Assembly (NCBI RefSeq): GCF_009914755.1
Contig: NC_060936.1
Length of the DNA: 64,000 bases
Source: the human T2T-CHM13v2.0 reference genome, Homo sapiens
Strand: one strand, 5' to 3'
The stretch's first letter is position 1; the number at the start of each line of letters is the position of its first letter. The translations under genes and the position numbers were made by a program. The notes beneath the pieces were generated by a model. The model was given only the letters and a program-made list of their open reading frames with translations. It was not told where the DNA came from and made no database searches. This document shows, one piece after another, positions 1 to 12,731 of this stretch.

Positions 1-1465
1 TGCCTTCCAGAGACACACATCTCCCAGTAGCCACCAAACAGCCGGCCACTGATTAGGGCATTAACTTCCTCCGGATGGCTCACGTCAGACCAGAAGCACA
101 GAACGGGCTGTTTCTGGTGCTTGGGCATTGGGAGGTGGGGAGCTGGCGGGCAGGGGGCTTGCCACTCCCTGGCACTGGACATTGAGGCCTGCAGAACAGG
201 CAGGGTGATGAAGGCAGGGGAGAGAAGCCCTTTCCCTTACCGGCGTGCCTGTGGGTAAGGCCTCCCGAGAGGACATGGAGAAGAGGTAAAGAGGATGTGG
301 ACATATCTGTCAATTTCCTTAGGCAAGAAGCGGGTGGGGGCTGGACAGAAAGGGACGAAAAGGGAAGTGGAAGCTGTGAGCCTCACAGTCCAGCTCCACT
401 GCAGACCTGCCCTTCTGCAGGGAGAGCCCTGGCCACCCGGCCTTGAGTGGAAGAAGAGGAAAGGGTGTATGGGGGCAAAACCCTGGACAGGGAGCAGGAT
501 AAGAAGGGGGCGGGATGAGAGGTTTGGGGAGGTGAGGACATTGCCCTGAGATATCCCCTGGAGGCAGGGAGAGGAGTGGGGGCAGGAGGAACTGAAGAGT
601 GGGGCAGTTTCAGGGAAAATAGCCCTTAGCCTTTTTAGTCGATGCCACCCTTTCTGTCACCTGGAGACCTTGTACTTCTCTTGCACTAATAACCCCGGTG
701 CTTTTGTGGCTGGGGGTTTTTCTGTTGCTGCTGCTGCCTCCACCACTGCTGTGAATTCACCCATGGTGCATTGGACACTGGATCTTGAACTCCAGAGTCT
801 GTTTAGGGAGGTGAGCACAGGGCTGGGGGAGGTGCGGCGGGGCCCAGAAGACCAGGCCACTGAGCCCGCGCTCCAGGCTGTGACGGTCCAAACCACGGCA
901 CTGGAGCTGCAGGGTCTACCTAGTGGGCTCTGCATTCCCCGAGAGCACGAGTTTGGCACATGGGAGAATGGAGCCCGTGGAGAACCTTCTGGGGGGTCGG
1001 GGAGAATCCCTGCCTCCCTTTAAGGAATCATGAAGGACAGAGACTTTTGAGATTGTGGCTTAGGAAGGCCATACCTGCTCCCTGGGCTGTGGCTTTTTCT
1101 GGTCCCTGCTGAGGCCGACTGGCCCCTGGAGAAGGATGGTGGGGCATAGGCTAGGGCTGCAGTTGGCCAGTGGGGCTGCCAGTTTCTTTCTGGGACCACT
1201 CTCGTCCTCGGGCATTGCACTGGAAGGCTGGAACCAGCCCAAACTGCCCACCTGCTTCACTTCCAATGACTAGGAGCCAGCCCAGCCTCCTGCCCTGCCC
1301 ACACCCCTGCGCCCTGGGCCAGTGCCTTGCGTTTGATGTTACCTCCACACCATCTGCCTTAAGAGGAAGGGCCGGGCAAGGCCCCTACTCCCTAGAGAAA
1401 TGTCTTGGGTAGGAGAGGGTGTGGGATGGTGGGAGGGGAAGCATTAAATACAGCAACTTCTTAGA
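1..1465 (+). other. B4GALNT3: Probable distal 3' UTR of the convergent neighbouring gene B4GALNT3
   Basis: No B4GALNT3 coding sequence is visible. The call rests on recalled synteny (B4GALNT3 lies tail-to-tail with NINJ2) and on the poly(A) signal at 1443. Confidence 0.6.
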
Positions 1466-1500
1466 AAAAAAAAAGGTGCTTGTCTTTTCCTGTTGCTCTT
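1443..1500 (+). terminator. Plus-strand polyadenylation site (ATTAAA + downstream GU/U-rich element)
   Basis: ATTAAA at 1443-1448, genomic A-run at 1465-1474, then GGTGCTTGTCTTTTCCTGTTGCTCTT. Confidence 0.6.
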
Positions 1501-2259
1501 CACGGATGTAAAGGATTGGGCTGAGGGGCCCAGGTGGGCGTGCCAAGGACCCTCCCACACCACCCTCCACCCTTACCACAAGTGTGATGCCTGCTGTGTG
1601 TGAGATGGCCTTCTCTGCACTGCGGTTTACTCAGGAAGAAGACAACATTGTTCCTGTCTGAGCAGCTCACCGTGTAATAGACTAGGCATTTTCTGTTCAG
1701 CAGATTAATGGAGGTTGGTGGTTTTAGCCGAGGAAAGCTATGGATACGCTGGGTGGAGAAGGCTAGATATAGGGCCAGAACGGTTTGGTGAGCAGTGGAG
1801 AGAAGCCAACGAGTGGCTGCTTCTAAACTGGCAGACCTTCTAAAAATCATTTCTGTTTCTGAGTTGGCAATGCTTTGCTAATGCTTTACAGATTTACCTT
1901 CCTCGTTATATTTGGCCCAGGCAAAGATCAAAATGAGTTTGCAGTCCTTAAACACATGCCTAAGGGAAGCTGAGACTGAAAGCCAGAATAGCTTACAGCA
2001 GGTTCGTGGAGAAGATTGTGCATATGTGCATCCACCTGCAATGGACTAATCTACAGTTCATGGGGCAGATGACGATAAGCGAAAGACATCTGGGCCAGGA
2101 ACATTGGCTCCGAGCAGAACCCACAGAGGAGGAAGTAATTTAAAAGCCTTCCCACCCTCCAGGTCTGGGGTTTGCTCTCTTGAGCCCTCTCCAAGGCACA
2201 GATGGAGACCAGCCTGGATGCCTGAGCCTGCAGGACTAGACAAGTAAGTGGACTCAAGA

Positions 2260-2646
2260 GTGGATTTGAAGAAACCTTTATAGATATAGATTCCATTTTA
2301 CAAGAAGGGAAAATTGAGGCCTGGAGCAGAAGGAAGCAGTGGGGTAGAGTCAGAACCAGCATCCTTAAGCCGGGCAGACTTGGCCTTAGACAGACATGCC
2401 TTACTTAGGTCCAGCAGATGCTACCAGGAAGGTATGGCTGGCAGTACCTGCGTCTGAGCTCAGGACTTCAGACCAAGATGGAAGTCCCTTAGACCAATAA
2501 CATAAAAATCACTTTTTAACTCAGGTGCTGTGGGTAGGGAGCAAGGGCAGCTATACTGTCCTTTCAGAAGCTCTCCTGGGCTGTGGAAAGTGCCCACGAG
2601 CCTGGCAGATCACGGAGGAAGGAGGCAGAAGTTCCAGGCCCAGAAC
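2260..2646 (-). other. NINJ2: NINJ2 last exon (3' UTR only)
   Basis: Minus-strand acceptor cctcttctctgcttccccaacag|GTTCTG with first exonic base 2646. The 3' end is approximate, inferred from the variant poly(A) signal. Confidence 0.75.
2277..2282 (-). terminator. Candidate NINJ2 poly(A) signal, TATAAA variant
   Basis: Plus-strand TTTATA reads TATAAA on minus, with a CA about 16 nt downstream (~2261). I saw no AATAAA in this exon. Confidence 0.5.
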
Positions 2647-2734
2647 CTGTTGGGGAAGCAGAGAAGAGGCAATGAGGATGGCAGGCCAGATCAATGCCCC
2701 TCAACCTTCAGCATGCCCAGGATGCACCTGGCCA

Positions 2735-2855
2735 CGTTACTCATGCACGTGCCTGTAGCACGTGCTCGAGCAGAGCCTGAGATTCTGCATTTCCAGCAAG
2801 TTCCTGGGTGGTTTGTGGATGCTGCTGACCCATGGACCACAGTCAGTAGCAAGAG
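2735..2855. mobile_element. MER5-type (hAT-Charlie) DNA transposon fragment
   Basis: gattctgcatttccagcaagttcc...gatgctgctgacccatggaccaca resembles the MER5A consensus as I recall it. Confidence 0.55.
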
Positions 2856-3199
2856 CTGCTAGACAATGGCAGGGAGAAATTCCCCATCTCCACCTTTACT
2901 CTTGCCGGAGGGGCAGAGTCAACCACTAATGGCATCGCCTCCACCCTGTCCCAGACCGTGGGAAAACCTGAGCCTGAGAGCAGAGAGCCATTAACACAGC
3001 AGTGGGGCTTTGTGCAAGCCTCGCTGAGGCCAGGCTCTTGCAGATCCTCTCCTTGCTCTCGGAGCTACAGGCCTTCCCCCTTTGTTTGGCAAGGGATCTG
3101 TTTCTTGCCCCAAAGCCCCAGAGGAGAGAGAAGGGCCACCTGGGGAGTCCCTGGAGCTGGGGTTCCTCCATCCTCCCTCACCTGGGTCCCAGGCTGCAT

Positions 3200-3366
3200 T
3201 CAGAGAGGATTCCTTGAGGCCCTGGCAGCCAGGAACCCTGTTTTATGTGCCCCGAAGGCTGTAATGAAAACATTGATGACCACAGTGAAGAAGACCAAGA
3301 TGGTGGCTGCGTTGTTGAGCTGGTTGAGTCGCCACTGCTTTTCTACCTCATTCAGGTTCAGCCGTG
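3200..3366 (-). CDS. NINJ2: Ninjurin-2, coding part of exon 3 (exon runs to 3182); second TM segment and C-terminus
   Basis: Acceptor ccacttccctgcag|CA at 3366, phase 1. Translates (A)RLNLNEVEKQWRLNQLNNAATILVFFTVVINVFITAFGAHKTGFLAARASRNPL*, with TGA at 3202-3200. Donor CAG|GTGAGG after 3182. Confidence 0.97.
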
Positions 3367-3914
3367 CTGCAGGGAAGTGGAGTGGGGGGAAAGGGTCAGA
3401 GACGGGGCCACAGCACGGAGCTGCCCCCACAACACCCACCAGAGTTTGGAGAGAGGGGCCCTTCAGAAACCCATGTGGCAGAAATCAAGGGAGGTGGTCG
3501 TCATCGGGCTGAGATGCCTCTGCCCTCGCCAACCAGTACAATGGGGCACCCTAGTGTGCTTCATCCCACCAGGATTTGGGAACTTAAGCTGGGTCCTGTA
3601 AGCGTGGGGACGAGTGCTCATGGAGAAGCGGTGAGCGAGTGAGTGAGTTAGCAGTTAGCGAGGTGCTGGCGCAGTCATTCAGCAGGTACTGCGGAGGGTC
3701 TGCTCCATGGGATACCAGGAGACAGGACAGGGCGCCTGCCCTCGCGGGGTGGAAGTTGGTCTTTGGGCCTCTGTTAGCGGAGGGCTCACTGCAGGTCAGC
3801 GTGTGGTTGCAAAGCTGCCTGTGCCAATGCAGGGTGGCCCAGGGGACACGTGGGGCCTTTCTGCCAGCCACGGGTGCCGAGGCAGAAGGTCTGACTGCAG
3901 GCTGGGCTCCTCAC

Positions 3915-4143
3915 CAATGACCACGAGCAGGACACCGATGACCACCTGCAGGAGCAGAGAGAGGCTGATGAGGGTGACCAGGGTGGTGTAGTAGTGAGAG
4001 GATGGTCCCTGCTCCAGCACCGCCTTCAGCCGCATGGCGTTGGACATGAACAGGGCCACGTCCAGCATGCTCTCCGCCACGCTCTTCTTGGTGGCGTAAT
4101 GGTTCAGGTTGATGGGCTGGCTCCTGGGGTCGGAGCTTCCAGG
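3915..4143 (-). CDS. NINJ2: Ninjurin-2 exon 2 (229 nt); amphipathic helices and first TM segment
   Basis: Acceptor ctttctcccctacag|CCT (phase 0) and donor TTG|GTGAGG (phase 1). Encodes PGSSDPRSQPINLNHYATKKSVAESMLDVALFMSNAMRLKAVLEQGPSSHYYTTLVTLISLSLLLQVVIGVLLVVI, with the ninjurin signature NHYATKKSVAESMLD. Joins exon 3 in frame (G|CA = Ala). Confidence 0.97.
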
Positions 4144-5119
4144 CTGTAGGGGAGAAAGCACAGACTTACCAAGGGGAGCTCTGGAAGGGAAGCAGTTGAG
4201 AGGTGGGAGAGAGGAGAGAGGTTTTAAAGCTCTTTCCAATCCAGATGGGAAGCTCAGGGCAAATGACACCCTTAGTTTCATGGCCTGATAAAATGAAGGG
4301 TTGGACGAGAAAACCCATAAGGACCTCTGCACTCTGAAATGACATTCTGTTGCAGTTGATACTTCCTGGAGAGTCACCCCTTCCCTCACACCTTCACACA
4401 TCTGGCTGGAGAAAGCCGGGAGGGTTCTCTGCTGCTGGTAAAATGCACCTTCCTCACCCTATTCACTATTTTACCTGGGCCAGGCCTCAGCTTTGGGCTG
4501 TGTTCTTTTCCTCTGAGAGGAAAGCACCTGAGAAGACAATAAAAAGAGCTTGGAGGCTTGGGTGAAATAGAGAAAGGCACCTCCTCTCGCATAATGCTGT
4601 GGCCCCCAAGGCAGGGTGCACAGCTCAGCAGCTGATCATCGGCTGGATTTCCAACCCTCAGGAGCACTGGAGCTGCCGCCCTGCTCAGGCACACACGCTG
4701 TCAGACACAGGCTCTCAGCATACACATGCATGCATGCATGAGTGTATACACACAGTAATGCATACTAGTTAAACACTCACATCATTTTAATTATTACTTT
4801 TGGCTAGGATTTATTGAAGCATAATTTACTAAAGCTTCTCCAGAAGCCACTAACTCCAAAAGACAGAATCACAATACAGGGCATATGCTGTGGGCCTCTG
4901 GGTTGGGCCAAGAATTTCAGACTGGGCGCCATGACCAAGGGCAATCTGCAGTCACTCAAGAGTACTTGGAAGATTGATTTAGCAGTGGTGCTTGGAACAG
5001 ACTGGGCGAGGAAGGGCTAGAAGCAGGGAGAGTCATTTAAAAGTTATAGTATTGATTTAGGATCAGGGTGAAAAGGAACTGAAGTGGAGCAAGGTGAGAC
5101 AGGAAGGAATGGAGGACTC

Positions 5120-5303
5120 TGAAGGATGCTACGGCCTGGAGGTAGGGAAGATGACCCAGCAGATCACCATGACAGGACAGATACCTGCAGAGTGGGGAGA
5201 GACGGATGGATTGAAGGATGCTATGGCCTGGAGGTAGGGAAGATGACCCAGCAGATCACCACGACAGGACAGATACCTGCTGCGTGGGGACAGATGGATG
5301 GAT
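5120..5303. repeat. Tandem duplication, 2 x 92 bp
   Basis: tgaaggatgcta...ggatggat starts at 5120 and 5212, with 6 mismatches. Confidence 0.95.
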
Positions 5304-5687
5304 AGATGGATGCGTGCCTATATATGCACAGTGATGCATACCAGTTAAACACTCGTAATTTGTTTTTAATTTTTTTGGCTAGGATTTATTGAAGCATAAT
5401 TTACATTTGATTTTGTTTTGAAGTATAAAATAAAGCTTCATGGATGAAGGGATGGATGGATGGATGGAGAGATTGGTGGGTGGATGGATGGATGCGTGGA
5501 TGATTGGATAGGCAGGTCTCAGAGGGTCTGGAATGTTCCTTGTACTTCGTGCAGCCCCAGCAAGTCACTTCACTTCTCTGTACCTCAGGGATTTACACAG
5601 AGGACAGTTGATTTACACATAGGCTAACTGATTTACCTATCTATCAGAACCTTTGGATTCTATGAGCCCTTAGGATACCCCGAAATG

Positions 5688-5995
5688 AGGCTGGGTGCGG
5701 TGGCTCATGCCCGTAACTCCAGCACTTTGAGAGGCCAAGGCAGGGGGATCATTTGAGGTCAGGAGTTTGAGACTAGCCTGGCCAACATGGCAAAATCCCG
5801 TCTCTACTAAAAATACAAAAAAATCAGCTGGGTATGGTGTCACACGCCTGTAATCCCAGCTACTCAGGAGGCTGAGGCAGGAGAATCACTTGAACCAGGA
5901 GGCAGAGGTTGCAGTGAGCAGAGATCGCACCATTGCACTCTAGCCTGGGTGGCAGAGTAAGACTCTTGTCTCAAAACAAAAACAAAAACAAAACT
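5688..5995 (+). mobile_element. Alu (AluS-like), full length
   Basis: ggctgggtgcggtggctcatgcc... two arms and an A-rich tail. Confidence 0.95.
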
Positions 5996-7749
5996 CTGAA
6001 ATGCAGTAGTCTCCAGACTTTCTTGATAGTGTAATCTCAGCATTAAAAACTGTTTTGGCCATGCATCCTCAATATATGTACATTCTTCCATTATCAACTA
6101 TACATATTTTTATTGGACTAATTATATATATAGTAAAATATGCAAAAGTAGAAACATTTGAAAGGATTACATAAAATTCAATATAAATAGAAGTTTAATT
6201 TTCTTATCCTAAAATATGGTCTTGGGCACTCGTCTTTGGAGATCCAGCTCTAATCCACATGCCTGGCTACAGATTGGACCAATCCTCTCCTAGGCCAACA
6301 GAAGGGAGCCTCTCTTCCCCAGTCCTTCTCCTAACGTTTGCCTTCAAAACTCAGCCCCACGTCTCCACCCTGCTCTTCTCACTTCCTTTCCAAGCTCCTG
6401 GCCCTTTGCTCTGTTTGCCAGGAGGGTGCACACACACAGACACATTCAAGAGGCACAGGGTGGTCATGGGTGCTAACAGCACCTGCTCTGATGGAATCCA
6501 CCCTGGCAGCCTGTGCCCCGCAGGCTGCCCCTCTCTGACTCTGTGGACCAGTCATTGGAGGATCAAACATATAGGAGTGGCTCTTTCACTCTGACCACAC
6601 TCCAGGCCATCAGCTTTCTACACGGGGCAGTTCCCTGCACCTGGGTTGTTCATTATTGAGATTCCGAGTGTCCTCAACTTCTGGACGGGGCAGGACTCAC
6701 AGAGGGTAATCAGGAGTGTGCACTTTGGCCAGTGGAGCAATTTAAACACTTTCTCTGGGAGAGTAGAATGGAGACCAGCGGGTAGCATTCATTCAATAGA
6801 TTGACTGTACATGCCAGGCGGTGCTTGGGGCTGTGAGGACACCCCCCCCCCGCCCCCCGGGTAAGCACTGGGCCACAGGCTGCTCACAACAGGCCCTGGC
6901 AAACTCCTTTTGACAGCCACCAAAATCAGGCTGGGGCCCAGGGCCCACAGAAATAAGAAAAAAGGCCATAGGCACGAAAGGAATGGAGTGCTCACTATCT
7001 CTCCCGTCTTCCTTCGTGTTTGATTTTGCTGGGGCCGGGGTTTCAGCTGGTGCTGGGGGCAGCCAGTGAGGTTGGAGGAGGTAGGGATGGAGGGTAAATG
7101 AGGACCTGCATGGACTTGGGAGGCCACACACGGCGTTCAGGGCCTTTGGAAATCCAGTTCAAGCAAGGCTGGCTTGTCTAGGGCCAGCTGGCATGGTTGG
7201 TTAGGGCCAGGGATCCCAGGGCCAACACTTCACAAAGGCCCATGGTCGCCGTCAGCCCCAAGGCTGCAACCTGTGGTCTTAGCCCATTTGGTGAAGGTTT
7301 GTCCTCGGTCTCCAAGAGCACTCATTAGGCAAGAGAGTCTCACCCCCTGCACCCAAATTCAAAGTGTCTCTGCCCAGGTTCAACTGTGCCCCCTGGCCTC
7401 CCTGCCCCATGGCTGTGCCACCCCTCCTGTCTCTTCCCCATCCTCCAGTTTGTCCAGTAGCAGCAAGCTTTGCCCTTTCTCCTCCTTCCTGGTCTAGCTC
7501 AGAGGGAGACAGACCCCCTTCCCCCCAAATGTATCGTTAACAGTGGACAAAACCTTAAACCCAAACCTCTAGTGGCATGTGTTGAGCACTGACCAAATAG
7601 TGGGGGAAGGGGTGGCAGGGGGTGGCAGGGGTGAGTACTCGGGCAGCACGGAGGTCTTCCCAACCTCTATGGAAGGTATTGCCATTTGTAAGTTTTAACA
7701 GAGCTGGTTGGCTTTTGTTGTTACATTAATCTGAGAGCCATTGCTTCAC

Positions 7750-8760
7750 AGAGGACGTGAGGCTCGCAGTGTGCTTAGGGGGTGCGCCTCATCCTTTCCT
7801 CGCTAAATGCGGGGCCGACTCGGGCCTGCCTTTCACTGCGGGTGCTGGGCGGGATCAGGGTGTCCCCGCCTGCTCCAGAGTGTCCACACGGTGGCGCGCG
7901 CGGTCCAGAGACGTGACTTGGGCGCCGCGGCTGCCGGGGGGCGTTTCCACCCCGAGGAACCCACGCGCAGGACGGGATTAATGGGAAACCTGGACCCCTC
8001 CGAGGCCCAGGACGGGAGCCTCGCCCGCAAGTCTGGATGGGCCGAACTAAAACCCACCAAACGCGTGCGTCAAGCCAGAGTTCGAGAATCAACCGAAGCT
8101 GAAATGGAGCCAGCGTGGGGTGGGGGGACCCAGAAGGGAGGGGCCTCCAGCACAACCTGCCCCCGAGGGGACGGCGGGCAGAAGGGCCGGCAGTGAGGCC
8201 CTGGCGAAGGTGCCTGGAAAGGGGTCCTCTCATTGCAGCATCTTTAAAAGCAGGGACCGGGCTTTTCTAATCCTCGTGGGCCAGTTTAGGTGCAGCCCTG
8301 CTCTGCGGCAGAGGGATGGATGGAATGACCTGAGGGCCCTCCCTTCTAGCGGGAGGAGAGGATCAGATAAAGTCCTAAATCCTGCAGGGGGTCATCCTTT
8401 TCGCCCACAGCCCAGGGACTGGGAGCAACTCCACAGGGGTCAGGGTGACAGAGGAGTGGGGAGCGCAGCAGGGTGGCCCCCGCTCCCGCTCAGAGGAGCT
8501 GGCCCTTTAAGGCCAGGCCCAGGCGGGTCGGGAACAGAGACCCGGGAATGTGGGCTGGACTGGGGAGCAGAGCCACCCAGCATGAGTCATTCCCGTTTCG
8601 CCGGACTCTTCGCCGCTGGCTCTCGCTTGCCGCCCTCCCCTGGCCCTGGCCCTGGCCTCTGCGCCCTCCCTGCAGAGCTGGTCCGGGTGGGCTGGCGGCC
8701 TCCACCCGCCACAAGCGCACAGGGCTCTGCCCACTCCCCGCCCCTTTTCTGCTGATCCTC
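7750..8760. promoter_or_regulatory. Intronic CpG-rich island / candidate enhancer
   Basis: Dense unique-sequence CpGs (ggcgcgcgcgg, acgcgtgcg), GC boxes, and AP-1 TGAGTCA at 8583-8589. Confidence 0.65.
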
Positions 8761-9282
8761 GAGGAGCAGGGGACCGGTGGGCTAGGACTGCTGGTTGCTG
8801 GGCCCAGCTCTGCCTCTGGGCTTGGAACTTTGGTGCTGAGTTTCCACATCTATAAAACTGGAGGAAAATCCCATCTCTGGAGGGCAGAGGCCATGGACAG
8901 CAGAACGACACTTTGCTCCTTCACAGAAGGAAGGACAGAATCCAAGCGGTTCCCATTTTCCCAGGCTGAGATCCCTCTCTCAATGAGGCTGGCTCTCGGT
9001 ATCTTCCTCAGGTCTCATTCTGCCCCGCCCCACTTGCCCCTCCCCTGCCACTCAAGGGCGGCAGGACACTGACCCAAGACTCATTGCTTTGGGCTCCCAG
9101 AGTCCCTGTTCAAGGCGCGGTTGCCTGTGGGAAAGGCTGCCCATCAAAATCTGGCCAACCAATGACACCTGGACAGACGGGGAGTTTGGGGCGGCATGAA
9201 GCTGGAGCGCGGCCAGTGCAGGGAAGGTGGGAGTAGATCCAGAGTTTGATCTGGACGCCCTTGGGCATCTGGGCAACAAGAG

Positions 9283-9466
9283 GACGTGGGTTTGATGATT
9301 GGCATGGGATGAGGCAGGGGGGTGGGGGACACCAGAGACCCAGCGGTTTGCCCCATTCCTGGGCCTGCCTGGCAGACGTGGGTTTGGTGATTGGCATGGG
9401 ATGAGGCAGGGGGGTGGGGGACACCACAGACCCAGCGGTTTGCCCCATTCCTGGGCCTGCCCGGCA
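9283..9466. repeat. Tandem duplication, 2 x 92 bp, G-rich
   Basis: gacgtgggtttg...ggca starts at 9283 and 9375, with 3 mismatches. Confidence 0.95.
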
Positions 9467-10745
9467 CAGTCATTACCCTCCCTCTTCCGCGCCCTCCTCT
9501 CTCGTTCCAGCTCAGACTTCCCTGTCACCTAGGCCTCTTGCCAAGTCCCAGCTCCTAAGGCTGGTGCGATTCCATCCCTTGAAGTCAAGGATTGCTTCAT
9601 TGTTCTGCCAGACAGCCCTTTATCCCTTAATCCTTGTTGGCCTATATTTTTGTTTATTTACAGGACTTAGGTTGGATAGGAAAGGAATGCCTTTTTTAAC
9701 AGAAAAGTAAACATGTTTTTCATTGTTTATCGACTTTATGGTCAGTGGGGACCATAAGCTCCAACAGATCATTCTGCTCTTTCTTGGAAACAAGATTACA
9801 GGGCTGTTCTCCCAGAGGGCCATGGAGGTTGGGTAAACCCCAGAGTGGTAAGTAACTGCCCTACCAAAAAGCCATGGAGCCCGCAGATCAGTGTGTTTAG
9901 GCCCTGGGGCCTGTGGCAGGCAGTGTGTGTCCCAAGGGAAGTATAGGCATGGTGAGGGGAGTTGTAGCAGCCCAGAGGGCATCACCAAAGGCACCTTGAC
10001 CACATTCCAGCCCTGCTTTAATGAGTGAGCAATCCGGGCCGGGAGCACTGGACGCCTTTTCTTATCATCTGCGAGGTCGAAGGGACTGGAACACAGGCTT
10101 CCTTGGGTCCTTCCTAGCACGGAGTAATCTAGGGATGGGAAAGCCGGCTCTGAGCGGAGAATCCCGGGGGCTGAGGACATCGCTGAGAGGCCGCTGCAGG
10201 GCATGGGTGACCTTCCCATGAGTCGTTCCTGCCAGCCCTGAGAACACCCACGTGGGAGCTTCCTGTGTGCCAGCGCACAGTCAGGGCTACACACTAGCAG
10301 GCCCAGAGGAACAGGGGCCTGTCACCCTGCTGGTGGCCTCAAAATGACCAACTGCCCGGGAAAGCCAGGCCTCCCTTGAGAAGGGGACAGTGGCGACCTA
10401 GGCTTTTGGAAAGCTGATTTCTCACAAAGGGAAAGGGTGGGTCCCAGCCTGGGAAGAGTGATTCGTTCAAAGGAAGGGGCTTAGGTGAGCTTTTAATTCG
10501 GTATCAGTCCTCTTGTCAGAATTCAGTTGGGAAGGGTGCCTGGGCCTGTCCCACTGTGTGCACACACAGTGGGCTCTCAGCACACTGGAACGATGGTGGT
10601 TCCCACTTACAGAGGACATACCTTGTGCCTGGCACAGGGTTAAACACAGGACATGAGTCACCTTATGTAGTCCTCACAACAGTTCTGCGAAGTAGATGAG
10701 GGCATCATCATCACAGTTGAGAAAATGGAGGCTCAGAGAGACTAA

Positions 10746-11285
<540 letters not shown>

Positions 11286-11360
11286 CAGAGCCTGTAATTT
11301 TCACCCTTACTCTACTGTGCCCAAGAAGTGGAAGACATACTCCCTACTCCAAGGAGTTTA

Positions 11361-12300
<940 letters not shown>

Positions 12301-12338
12301 AACAATAATAAATTTGTAACAAAAGCAAATATGCACTC

Positions 12339-12731
12339 TGCTATGGTCTGAATGTGCCCCCTAAAGTTTATGGGTTGGAAACTTAATCCCTGCTGTAACA
12401 GTGTTGAGAAGTGGGAACTTTAAGAGGCAATTGGGTCACGAGGGCTCTGCCCTCATTTATGCCATTATCATGGCAGTGGGTCAGGTTATCTCAGGATTAA
12501 AAAAAAAAAAAAAGGTGAGCTTGGCTCCCTTCCTCTCTCTTGGGCTTGCAAGCTCTCTGGCCCTGCCACCTTCTACCAGGGAAGGATGTGGCATGAAGGC
12601 CCTCACCAGATGCCAGTGCAATGTTCTTGGACTTGCCAGTCTCCAGAACCATGAGCCAAATACACTTCTATTGTTTATAAATCACCCAGTCTCAGTTATT
12701 CTGTTATAGCAACACAAAACAGACCAAGACA
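12339..12731 (+). mobile_element. MST-family MaLR solo LTR
   Basis: Begins tgctatggtctgaatgtgcccc and ends ttatagcaacacaaaacagaccaagaca; TG...CA termini. Confidence 0.85.

Noticed and set aside
2377-2401. Possible p53 element AGACTTGGCC-n5-AGACATGCCT in the NINJ2 3' UTR
   Set aside because: A 5-bp spacer plus a mismatch; a match of this quality is plausible by chance in 64 kb.
3796-4401. 201-aa ORF as a single-exon gene
   Set aside because: It is NINJ2 exon 2 read through into both flanking introns; canonical splice sites bound 3915-4143.
8120-9072. 211-aa and 199-aa plus-strand ORFs
   Set aside because: GC-rich sequence depleted of stops, non-ATG starts, and no recognisable domain.
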